From a bacterium (GTDB lineage Bacteria; Patescibacteriota; Doudnabacteria; UBA920; VMFF01): 64,000 nucleotides of DNA. Of the stretch, positions 56,395 through 64,000 are shown piece by piece. Positions within the stretch are counted from its first letter, which is position 1. The number at the start of each line of letters is the position of its first letter. Made by a program: the position numbers and the translations under genes. Below the pieces are notes generated by a model, which was not told the DNA's origin, did not search any database, and saw only the letters and a list, made by a program, of their open reading frames with translations. The DNA lies in assembly GCA_021811585.1 (NCBI GenBank), contig JAJZOG010000014.1, positions 2,577-66,576 on the forward strand. Direction: 5' to 3'.

Positions 56395-56431
56395 AAAAAA
56401 ATTAAGCCACCTAATTTTTTTAGGCGGCTTA
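56395..56431 (-). terminator. Rho-independent terminator downstream of secF
   Basis: Minus-strand reading: taagccgcctaaaaaaattaggtggctta followed by a T-run. Confidence 0.6.
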
Positions 56432-56453
56432 ATAATTTTATTACATTGTGCGG

Positions 56454-57362
56454 CTATGCCCTGGTTTTTGCCGTCTTTGCACTGGACCATCTTTGCCAGA
56501 GCACTAAAATCGGACTGGCTATGAAAATTGAAGAATACGTGCCTGCGATTATGCCGATGAACAGCGCCAGCACAAAATATTTTATTGTAGCGCCTCCGAA
56601 CAGCAGCAGCGCAAGCAAAACAAATAGAACGGTTAATGAAGTGTTCAAGGATCTCACCACGGTCTGGTTGATGCTGTGGTTAACAATAAATTCAATTGGC
56701 TGGCCTGCCTCAACTTTTAGATTTTCACGGATTCTGTCGAAAACAACAATGGTATCGTGAACCGAAAATCCGAGAACAGTGAGCAAAGCCGTAACAAACA
56801 AGCTGTCCACCTCAACTCCCAGAAAATGCCCGAGAATCGAAAAAATTCCGGCAACAACGAACAAATCGTGCAAAAGCGCGACAATCGCAGACCACCCGAA
56901 TTTCCAGGAAGTAATGGGTTTGGTTACTTTGCGAAAAGCGTAAGCAATGTAAAAAACAATTCCAAAGGCCACTAGTATAAGTTCATAAACTGCCTTGGAT
57001 TTTAATTCCTGGCCGATCGAGGGCCCGATTGATGTGTAGGAAATTTCGTTAAAATCTCCTACTGCCTTTTTCAAATCCGTATCTATTTTATCGTGCTCGG
57101 TTTTGTCGATGGGCTTGGTTTCAATAATTACTTCGTTTGTGCCCGCTTGCTGGACTTTGAAGCCGCCGATGTTTTCGGAACTTAAAACGGTTTGGATTTT
57201 TGCATAATCCGGCGCGTGCGAAAACTGCAGTTGGGCTTCAGTGCCACCTGTAAAATCAATACCCAACTTGAGGCCGAAAACAGAAAGTGAAATAATTCCG
57301 GCGAGGAGAATTATGCCCGAGACAGCGAACCAAAATTTATAATGTTTGATGATGTTTAACAT
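56454..57362 (-). CDS. secF: Protein-export membrane protein SecF
   Basis: LGIDFTGGTEAQLQF and 6 TMs. The ATG at 57362 is preferred; the track's GTG at 57407 would overlap secD. Confidence 0.85.
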   Translation of the reverse strand: MLNIIKHYKFWFAVSGIILLAGIISLSVFGLKLGIDFTGGTEAQLQFSHAPDYAKIQTVLSSENIGGFKVQQAGTNEVIIETKPIDKTEHDKIDTDLKKAVGDFNEISYTSIGPSIGQELKSKAVYELILVAFGIVFYIAYAFRKVTKPITSWKFGWSAIVALLHDLFVVAGIFSILGHFLGVEVDSLFVTALLTVLGFSVHDTIVVFDRIRENLKVEAGQPIEFIVNHSINQTVVRSLNTSLTVLFVLLALLLFGGATIKYFVLALFIGIIAGTYSSIFIASPILVLWQRWSSAKTAKTRA

Positions 57363-57366
57363 AAAT

Positions 57367-58866
57367 TTAGGAAATTTTTTCTTCTGTTCCTTGCGCAATA
57401 TCCGCACTCTTTTTTTTCTTCGAAGCGCCGAAAAGCCACGGATGCGTTAAAATGTTATGGCCCACAAACATGTGCAAGAAGGTTTCGGTTACAGTAATTG
57501 CCGTGAACAGAGAAATAATAATGCCGATTGCCAAAGTCACTGCAAAGCTTTTGATTTCAGGAGTTCCGAAAATGTAAAGTATCAAAGTTGTGATTAAGCT
57601 TGAAGCATTGGAATCGCGGATTGAAGGCCAGGCGCGCTTAAAGCCGTCGTCCAGTGCCAATTGCACGTCTTTGCCCAGGCGAAGCTCCTCTTTGGTGCGT
57701 TCAAAAATCAAAATATTGGCATCAACAGCCATGCCTATGGAAAGAATGAAGCCCGCAATGCCTGCCAAGGTTAGCGTAACAGGGTTCAGCCCCCCGGCAA
57801 ACATTAGGATAAAATATGCGAGAATTGCGAGAAGCCCGAAAATCCAGCTTGTGGTTAAGGCAAGTATGAAGAAAATACCAACTAAAATTACCGCTGTAAT
57901 GGAAATTCCGATTTTAAACACAGCGAAAGCCACGAGCCCGTAAATTACAAGCGCCAAAGCAGCAAGCAGGCCCGGAAACCTGTAATACGCAATCATAAAA
58001 ATTATAATCAAAATAAGGCCTATGATTCCCGCTATAATGCTTTTTTGTATTGAACTTTGCCCGAGCGTTGCGCCGATGGTCTGCTGGGAAACAAGATGGA
58101 TGGGCACTGGAAGCGCGCCGGAATTAAGGCGGGTTGCAAGCTGTTTTGCCTGATCCACAGTGAAATTGCCTGTAATTACAGCTTGCCCGTTGGTAATTGG
58201 AACCTGGACCGTTGGGGTTGAAAGCGGACTGCCGTCAAGAAAAATTGCCACCGGCTTGCCGACGTTCTGGGTGGTAATCTGCGAGAAAAGCTTTGTTCCT
58301 TCTGAATTAAATTGCAATAAAATTTCCGGCTGGCCTGTCTGGGGATCAAACTGCACGCTGGCGCTGCTTAAATCTTTGCCTGTGAGATCAGTCGGCAGCC
58401 ATTGCGAATTTAAGCTGATGTTCGCCTGCCCGCTGCTATTTACTGTTGCCGAAGGATTTGGATTTTGCGTGCGAAATTCTAAAAACGGCGTTTGCCCGAT
58501 AACTTGAATGGCCTGGTTCACATCCGTAATACCAGGGAGTTCAACTACAATTTGATTTGTGCCGCTGGTTTCCACAAGCGGTTCCTGTACGCCAAAATTA
58601 AAAATCCGGCGCTCAATAACAGAGCGCGCAGAATCCATCGCTGCGCCTCGTTTTGAAGGAGCGATGTTTGAAAGGTCGCCTTGATATGTCAGGCGGCTGC
58701 CGCCCTTAAGATCCAGGCCCAAGCGGGTTTGAAATTGCTTGGTGTAATTAATGCGGATATTATGCAGATCGATTTTGCTGCCGCTTGGTAAATCAATATA
58801 AAGTGCAAAAGCGGCAAGCAATAGTATAAAAATAAAGGTCAGGTAGAGCCGTAATTTTTTTTTCAT
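57367..58866 (-). CDS. secD: Protein-export membrane protein SecD
   Basis: LGLDLKGGSRLTYQ, a large periplasmic domain, C-terminal 5-TM bundle. Confidence 0.9.
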   Translation of the reverse strand: MKKKLRLYLTFIFILLLAAFALYIDLPSGSKIDLHNIRINYTKQFQTRLGLDLKGGSRLTYQGDLSNIAPSKRGAAMDSARSVIERRIFNFGVQEPLVETSGTNQIVVELPGITDVNQAIQVIGQTPFLEFRTQNPNPSATVNSSGQANISLNSQWLPTDLTGKDLSSASVQFDPQTGQPEILLQFNSEGTKLFSQITTQNVGKPVAIFLDGSPLSTPTVQVPITNGQAVITGNFTVDQAKQLATRLNSGALPVPIHLVSQQTIGATLGQSSIQKSIIAGIIGLILIIIFMIAYYRFPGLLAALALVIYGLVAFAVFKIGISITAVILVGIFFILALTTSWIFGLLAILAYFILMFAGGLNPVTLTLAGIAGFILSIGMAVDANILIFERTKEELRLGKDVQLALDDGFKRAWPSIRDSNASSLITTLILYIFGTPEIKSFAVTLAIGIIISLFTAITVTETFLHMFVGHNILTHPWLFGASKKKKSADIAQGTEEKIS

Positions 58867-58962
58867 GAAAACCGATAATTAGGTTAAATGTTTGAAATGT
58901 TCTTTTAAAGACGGTTTTTAGAACTGCTTTAATTTTAAAGGGTTTTCGCAAAACAGGCAAGT

Positions 58963-59259
58963 TTAATGTTCGTGCGCATGGCTGTGCCCGTGGTCGCTGT
59001 CTTTGCCTTCTGCCTTATTTTTTTCCTCAATTTTTTGTATTTCCTCGTTAATTTTTTTGGAATATTCTTTCATTTTTGCGCTGTCTCCGGTTAGCGCTTC
59101 AGCCAATTTTTTTGGATCAATGCCTAAAATAATTCCCAATGCCAGGACATGAGAGGAAACGGAATAAACCCTGTAATCAATGTCCTGGACATGCATGGCA
59201 AGATCATAGAGCATTTGTTCATTTTTGCTTGGCATTTTTTTCTTGAAATCATTGGGCAT
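58963..59259 (-). CDS. Hypothetical small protein with His-rich C-terminus (DSDHGHSHAHEH)
   Basis: ORF between secA and secD on the same strand; possible metal-binding tail. Confidence 0.4.
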   Translation of the reverse strand: MPNDFKKKMPSKNEQMLYDLAMHVQDIDYRVYSVSSHVLALGIILGIDPKKLAEALTGDSAKMKEYSKKINEEIQKIEEKNKAEGKDSDHGHSHAHEH

Positions 59260-59312
59260 GGTGTTTCCTTTGCTTGATTAAATTTAATATTGACCTACAC
59301 TGGCGGTCTTTC

Positions 59313-62042
59313 TTATGCATTTTTTCCGTGGCATTTTTTGAATTTTTTTCCGGAACCGCATGGGCACGGCTCGTTGCGGCCAATGCCTTGGAAACGTGGA
59401 TCGTTTGTGGATCCATTTTGGGAAACAGGCGCAGCTGTCCCGCCTGCAATTTGCGTGGCATTTTGAGCGGCCTGCTGAATGGGTGTTGCTTGCTGGAAAA
59501 TAATCCCCGCCTTATATATTGTCCGTGCAATATTGCTCTCTATTTGTGCCACAGCGCTTTTGAAAAGCGTGAATCCTTCGCGTTTGTATTCTACAAGCGG
59601 GTCGCGCTGGCCATAACCCCGAAGCGCCACGCTGTCGCGCAGGTGATCCATGGTATCAAGGTGTTCCATCCAGATAGTGTCCAAACTTTGCAAACAAACC
59701 ATTTTTTCCAATTGCCGCATTATGCTTGGCGCGCCTGCCGGCGTTTGCGCCTCGATTTGTTTTTCTTTTTCTGCATATCTTTTTTTTGCGATTTCTTTGG
59801 CATAATCGATTATGGCAAGTTCGCTATCGCCTGCTTGCGCCTCCAAGCGCACGATTTCCGCGGCTTCATCGGTGCTTACCGGAAAAATCGCGTTCAAGTT
59901 TTCCACGAGTTTTGAAATTTCTTTTTGATCTGATCCATTCCCCTCTTCGGTCAGGAAATAGCCCTTCACCGCATTTTCAATTTCATCATCAACCAGCCCT
60001 AAAATTTCTTCTTTCAAATTTGCATCCGGCTCAAGCCAGCGCCTGCGCCTGCCGTAAATTACTTCACGCTGCCTGTTCATGACATCGTCGTATTCCAAAA
60101 CATGCTTGCGGGTGTCGAAGTTTATTCCTTCTATCTTTTTTTGCGCTTGTTCAATGGATTTGGAAACAATTTTGTGTTCAATCGGCTGGTCCTCGGGGAT
60201 GCCAAGCCGTTCCATAAGCGTTTTCAGGCGGTCGCCGCCGAAGAGGCGCATAAGATCATCTTCCACTGAAACGTAGAATTGCGAAGATCCCGGGTCGCCC
60301 TGGCGCCCGCTTCTTCCGCGCAGCTGGTTGTCTATGCGGCGCGATTCGTGCCGCTCTGTACCCAGAATGTGCAAACCGCCCGCCACGCGCACTGTTTCGG
60401 CTTCATCAGGATCAACGGGATTGCCTCCAAGCAAAATATCCACGCCTCTGCCGGCAATGTTTGTCGCCACTGTTATTGCTCCGGGACGGCCTGCCTGGGA
60501 AATAATATGCGCTTCGCGCTCGTGGTTTTTTGCGTTTAAAAGTTCAAACGTCAGGCCTGCGCGCTTCAAATGTTCTGCCAACAGCTCGTTTTTTTGGATT
60601 GAAACCGTGCCGATTAAAATCGGCTGCCCTTTTTTGTGCCGCTCCGCGACATCGCGGACAATTGCTTCAAATTTGCCTTTTTCGCTTTTATAAATAAGAT
60701 CAGGCCTGTCTTCGCGTACCATAGGCCTGTTCGTGGGTATGACCACGACATCAAGCCCGTAAATGCTGTAAAATTCTTCTTTTTCTGTTTCCGCTGTTCC
60801 TGTCATGCCCGCAAGCTTTTCATACATCCTGAAAAGGTTTTGGAAAGTGATGGTTGCCAGGGTCTTGCTTTCTTGCTGGATTTTGACGTTTTCTTTTGCT
60901 TCAATTGCCTGATGGAGGCCGTCGGAATATCTCCTGCCGAACATTAGGCGGCCCGTGAATTCATCCACAATTATTATTTCGCCGTCGCGAAGGACATAGT
61001 CGCGGTCTTTTTTGAAAAGCTCTTTGGCGCGGAGCGCTTGCTCCAAATGGTGCACGGTTGCAATCCCGGCTTGTTCATAGATGTTTTCAACTCCCAGGGC
61101 TTTTTCCAGCTTGGAAATTCCTTCCTCATTCAAAGAAACTGCCTTGTGTTTTTCATCCACTTCATAATCCTGTTCCGGGGAAAGGGTCTCCACAAGTTTG
61201 GCGAAATGGTAATATTTTTCAGTTGGATCTGTATCGGGTGCGGAAATAATAAGGGGCGTGCGCGCTTCGTCTATCAAAATGCTGTCCACTTCATCCACAA
61301 TGGCAAAATGCAGGCCTCGTTGGGACATCTGCATAAGATCCGAAACCATGTTATCGCGCAGGTAATCAAAACCAAATTCGTTGTTCGTGCCGTAAGTGAT
61401 GTCAGCCGCATACGCTTCCCCGCGCGAGACGGGCCGCATATGCTTAACATCCAAAATAAAACCTTGCGTCCCTTCTGCCCCTTCGGCAATAAGGCCGGAT
61501 TGGTCTTGTTCCGGTTGGAATTCGGGATCATACATATAAGATTTTTCATGCTGTATGGAGGCAACAGAAAGCCCGAGGGCGTGATAAATCGGGCCCATCA
61601 GCGAAGTTTGCCAGCGAGCCAGGTAATCGTTTACCGTGACAAGGTGCGTACCTCTGCCGGTGAGGGCGTTTAACGCCAGCGCCAAGGTCGCTGTCAGGGT
61701 TTTGCCTTCGCCGGTTTTCATTTCTGCAATTTGCCCGCGGTGTAAAACAAAGCCGCCCACAAGCTGGACGTCAAAATGCCGCTGGCCAATGGCGCGCCTG
61801 GCGGCTTCCCGGACCGCCGCAAAAACGTCGTAGATTATGCTGTCCAGGATTTTTTGCTGTTCTTCAATTTCAAGGCCGCGCAATTCCTCTTTCCATTTAG
61901 CTGCTTTTGCTTTTAATTCCTCATCCGAGAGCGCCTTATAAGCCGATTCAAGATCATTAACTTTTTTAATCTCGTCGCTGAATTTGGAAAGTATCTTATC
62001 GCTTTTTTGCTTGGAGCCGAATATGTTTAAAAAAAATGCCAT
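59313..62042 (-). CDS. secA: Preprotein translocase ATPase SecA
   Basis: DEAD-motor motifs, preprotein cross-linking domain, and a C-terminal zinc finger CPCGSGKKFKKCHG. Confidence 0.95.
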   Translation of the reverse strand: MAFFLNIFGSKQKSDKILSKFSDEIKKVNDLESAYKALSDEELKAKAAKWKEELRGLEIEEQQKILDSIIYDVFAAVREAARRAIGQRHFDVQLVGGFVLHRGQIAEMKTGEGKTLTATLALALNALTGRGTHLVTVNDYLARWQTSLMGPIYHALGLSVASIQHEKSYMYDPEFQPEQDQSGLIAEGAEGTQGFILDVKHMRPVSRGEAYAADITYGTNNEFGFDYLRDNMVSDLMQMSQRGLHFAIVDEVDSILIDEARTPLIISAPDTDPTEKYYHFAKLVETLSPEQDYEVDEKHKAVSLNEEGISKLEKALGVENIYEQAGIATVHHLEQALRAKELFKKDRDYVLRDGEIIIVDEFTGRLMFGRRYSDGLHQAIEAKENVKIQQESKTLATITFQNLFRMYEKLAGMTGTAETEKEEFYSIYGLDVVVIPTNRPMVREDRPDLIYKSEKGKFEAIVRDVAERHKKGQPILIGTVSIQKNELLAEHLKRAGLTFELLNAKNHEREAHIISQAGRPGAITVATNIAGRGVDILLGGNPVDPDEAETVRVAGGLHILGTERHESRRIDNQLRGRSGRQGDPGSSQFYVSVEDDLMRLFGGDRLKTLMERLGIPEDQPIEHKIVSKSIEQAQKKIEGINFDTRKHVLEYDDVMNRQREVIYGRRRRWLEPDANLKEEILGLVDDEIENAVKGYFLTEEGNGSDQKEISKLVENLNAIFPVSTDEAAEIVRLEAQAGDSELAIIDYAKEIAKKRYAEKEKQIEAQTPAGAPSIMRQLEKMVCLQSLDTIWMEHLDTMDHLRDSVALRGYGQRDPLVEYKREGFTLFKSAVAQIESNIARTIYKAGIIFQQATPIQQAAQNATQIAGGTAAPVSQNGSTNDPRFQGIGRNEPCPCGSGKKFKKCHGKNA

Positions 62043-62245
62043 ATTAAAGATTAATTGCCGGTGAATATTAATTGCTGTAAATTATGAGCTGCCGGTTGCA
62101 TTTAATTATACTTTTTTTGCGCGTTAATTTCAAGGTTCAGGGATTAAGTATGTCTTAACTCGACACAAGCAAATTTTGGTCTTGAAACTTGTGCCTTGTT
62201 TTTCAAGCTAATTACGGTAATACCTTGCGCGCATGCGCCGCGAAA

Positions 62246-62578
62246 TTAGCGCCCTTTTCGTTGTGAACCGAGCTTTTTGCGCAACGCAATCCGCTTATCC
62301 TTGTGCTTTAGAAGCTGTTCTTTGATTTTGGGGATGCACAAATCAATGGCTTCAAGAAAATCGCTTCCGCGAGCTTCCGCGAACATTTCCGATTTGGGAT
62401 TAATTGTAATTTCTACGTGGCATTTTGCTCCTGATTTATCTTTTCCGTAATCCATTTCGACGTGAACCGAGTTTTCCTCGCGCAAATATTTCATTAGCGG
62501 AGCAAGTTTTTTGTTGAGATAATCTGAAGTTGATGGGTTTGGTTCCGATTCCGCAAACTTGATGTTTATTGAGGGCAT
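62246..62578 (-). CDS. hpf: Ribosome hibernation promoting factor / RaiA (YfiA) family
   Basis: 110 aa with the beta-alpha-beta-beta-beta-alpha pattern (INIKFAESEPNPSTSDYLNKKL...VHVEMDYGK...CHVEITI...DLCIPKIKEQLLKHKDKR). Canonical position upstream of secA. Confidence 0.75.
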   Translation of the reverse strand: MPSINIKFAESEPNPSTSDYLNKKLAPLMKYLREENSVHVEMDYGKDKSGAKCHVEITINPKSEMFAEARGSDFLEAIDLCIPKIKEQLLKHKDKRIALRKKLGSQRKGR

Positions 62579-62606
62579 GTTTTGTTAAATTAATTTTATC
62601 TAAATC

Positions 62607-63548
62607 TTATCCTAACAGTTCTTTAATTTTGGAAACATATTCTTGGGCGGCGCGCCTGCCTTCCAAATACATTGTTTTAAAATTTCCGGAATCGATTTTG
62701 CCGTATTTTTTTACTCCGGGATCAAGCAGCAAATCGCAATCCCACTGTTCGGGCTTTTTCTTCTCCAAAATTGCGTAATCCATGGCTTTGCTTAGAACCG
62801 TTGCCATTCGCGGCGCCTTAATTTCATTAATGCTGTAGCCGCCGTCTCTTTCCCTTACCATGCCCGCTTTAATCTTGCCTGCAATGGAATTTATTTTTTT
62901 GAAAGGCCGCGCCACGAAATTATATCCTCTTTTAACGCTCAATAAATAGGGATTTATCACAGCGCGCGAAGCAGCAAGATCTATCCCCATAACAGTGTCG
63001 TGTCCGAACCTTCTTGCAGCCGCCACTGGCACGATGCTAAAAATTCCGCCGTCAACCAATATCCTGTCGCCCCAGACAACGGGTTCAAAAATTCCCGGAA
63101 CCGAGCAAGATGCTTTGATTGCGCGGAAAATATTTCCCATGGAAAGCTCGACGCTTTCACCGCGGATAATATCGGAAGCCACCAAAGTTACGGGTATGTT
63201 CAGGTCTTCAAAATTTTCAACTCCCAGCATTTGTTCAAAAAGATCTTTTGTTTTATCAAAATTAAACAGTCCCCCTTTAAAACTCGGTTCCAAAAAATTG
63301 TAGATTTCCCGGGATGTAAGAGAAAAATAAAGTTTTTTCAGGTTCTGAAGCTTTTCTGCTGCAAAAGCGCAGGCAACGAAAGACGCGCTGCTGCAAGCCG
63401 CAATGGAATCTATTCTGATTCCGTTTTCCTGCAGGACTTCAAGAATCCCTATGTATGTGATCGCGCGGCCCGCGCATCCCGAAAGAGCCAAAGAAAAAGT
63501 TTTTTTCTGCTTGAATCTTTTTTTCCGCTCAGCGCTCAGGGTTTGCAT
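62607..63548 (-). CDS. Patatin-like phospholipase with non-canonical nucleophile elbow
   Basis: The oxyanion region ALSGCAGRAITYIG and catalytic-Asp DGG (ILVDGGIFS) are present. AACSSASF replaces the usual G-x-S-x-G. The start at Met29 of the track ORF is preferred. Confidence 0.6.
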   Translation of the reverse strand: MQTLSAERKKRFKQKKTFSLALSGCAGRAITYIGILEVLQENGIRIDSIAACSSASFVACAFAAEKLQNLKKLYFSLTSREIYNFLEPSFKGGLFNFDKTKDLFEQMLGVENFEDLNIPVTLVASDIIRGESVELSMGNIFRAIKASCSVPGIFEPVVWGDRILVDGGIFSIVPVAAARRFGHDTVMGIDLAASRAVINPYLLSVKRGYNFVARPFKKINSIAGKIKAGMVRERDGGYSINEIKAPRMATVLSKAMDYAILEKKKPEQWDCDLLLDPGVKKYGKIDSGNFKTMYLEGRRAAQEYVSKIKELLG

Positions 63549-64000
63549 AATTTGTATATTTCCGCGGCGATTCTTTCCGCCGCATTTTCGGGCATTATTT
63601 TTCCGATGTTCTCCGAAAGTTCCCGCTGCCATTGTCCATCATATAGTAATTTTTTAATAATTGAAAGCAGCTTCTCGCCATCAAGGCCCTTTTGTCCTAA
63701 AACAATGGCGGCGCCCGCTTGTTCCAGGGCCTGCGCATTTTTTTCCTGGTGGCTGTCGGGCATGGGAATGATTATGGCTGGTTTTCGCACGGCCGCCAGT
63801 TCCGATATTGTTCCCATTCCCGCCCTGCATATGACGATATTCGATACGGCATATGCTTCTTGTATGTTTTCCACAATTCCAAATTGCCTGTAGTGCGGGT
63901 TTTGGAAATTTAGGCCTTTGTTTTTCCCCGTGGATTGTATGATTTCCGCAAATGTTATTAATTGCGGCAAGGCCTGTAAAATTACGGAGTTAAGGGCTGC
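63536..64000 (-). CDS. murG: MurG (UDP-GlcNAc:lipid I GlcNAc transferase), C-terminal part; 5' end beyond window
   Basis: IVICRAGMGTISELAAVRKPAIIIPMPDSHQEKNAQALEQAGAA is the MurG C-domain signature. The ORF is open to the window edge. Confidence 0.8.
   Translation of the reverse strand, partial: AALNSVILQALPQLITFAEIIQSTGKNKGLNFQNPHYRQFGIVENIQEAYAVSNIVICRAGMGTISELAAVRKPAIIIPMPDSHQEKNAQALEQAGAAIVLGQKGLDGEKLLSIIKKLLYDGQWQRELSENIGKIMPENAAERIAAEIYKLCKP

Noticed and set aside
1-64000. CRISPR array, rRNA, transposase or integrase
   Set aside because: I scanned for regularly spaced 25-40-nt direct repeats and saw none. The heptamer and 24-nt repeats are too short or too few for CRISPR. No IS-like ORF or inverted terminal repeat pair was found.

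Overview
This 64-kb window looks like a small-genome, gene-dense bacterium, probably Candidate Phyla Radiation/Patescibacteria-like. Genes are short and tightly packed or overlapping, with many membrane-anchored hypotheticals and many peptidoglycan and nucleotide 'house-cleaning' enzymes. The genetic code appears standard: prfB (RF2) carries a canonical UGA-dependent +1 programmed frameshift site, so UGA is a stop codon.

Content by region:
- 1-4.7 kb: rmuC 3' end, then an NYN/PIN nuclease-fold pair, then a UvrD-type helicase fused to a C-terminal PD-(D/E)xK nuclease.
- 5-9 kb: a proline-rich membrane protein with two pseudopilin-like repeats, a standalone tRNA-binding-domain protein, and a mitochondrial-type PheRS (PheS core plus FDX-ACB) interrupted by a 1-nt frameshift in an A-run.
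- 9.3-13.8 kb: gyrB, then secE-nusG-rplK-rplA.
- 13.9-18.6 kb: a complete dTTP-synthesis operon, dcd-dut-[two tandem T4-Dnk-like dNMP kinase paralogs]-tmk-thyX, with thyX apparently tandem-duplicated.
- 18.7-23.9 kb: prfB with programmed frameshift, ftsEX, rplI, pyrG.
- 24-36.6 kb: a 47-aa Cys-containing ORF missing from the ORF track, rpmA, a THUMP-type RNA methyltransferase, a NifS-like desulfurase, two cell-wall hydrolases (M23 and M15-like), gltX, a WecG/TagA-NUDIX fusion, def, a DEDD exonuclease, fmt.
- 36.7-46.7 kb, minus strand: a coiled-coil lytic transglycosylase, a DsbA/DsbB/DoxX thiol-redox trio, HAD, GT2, a frameshifted NUDIX, ppa, CYTH, LOG, GT4, NUDIX, MazG.
- 46.9-49.8 kb: a DEAD-box helicase, tRNA-Gln(CUG), and a repeat-rich region with few genes.
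- 49.8-64 kb, minus strand: mnmA, an operon of HExxH protein / TM-less TraD/TrwB-like coupling ATPase / membrane protein / sigma-70 region-4 HTH protein, secDF, secA, hpf, a patatin-like lipase, murG 3' end.

Non-coding features of note:
- A heptamer microsatellite family (TTGGTAG/CTACCAA)n sits at three loci, each directly upstream of a + strand gene.
- A ~180-nt heptamer-based imperfect palindrome at 7263-7441 has a G-quadruplex motif.
- There are GC-rich repeat-bearing leaders at 4731-4923 and upstream of gyrB, and a palindrome cluster upstream of secE.

No CRISPR array, rRNA or obvious transposase was seen.
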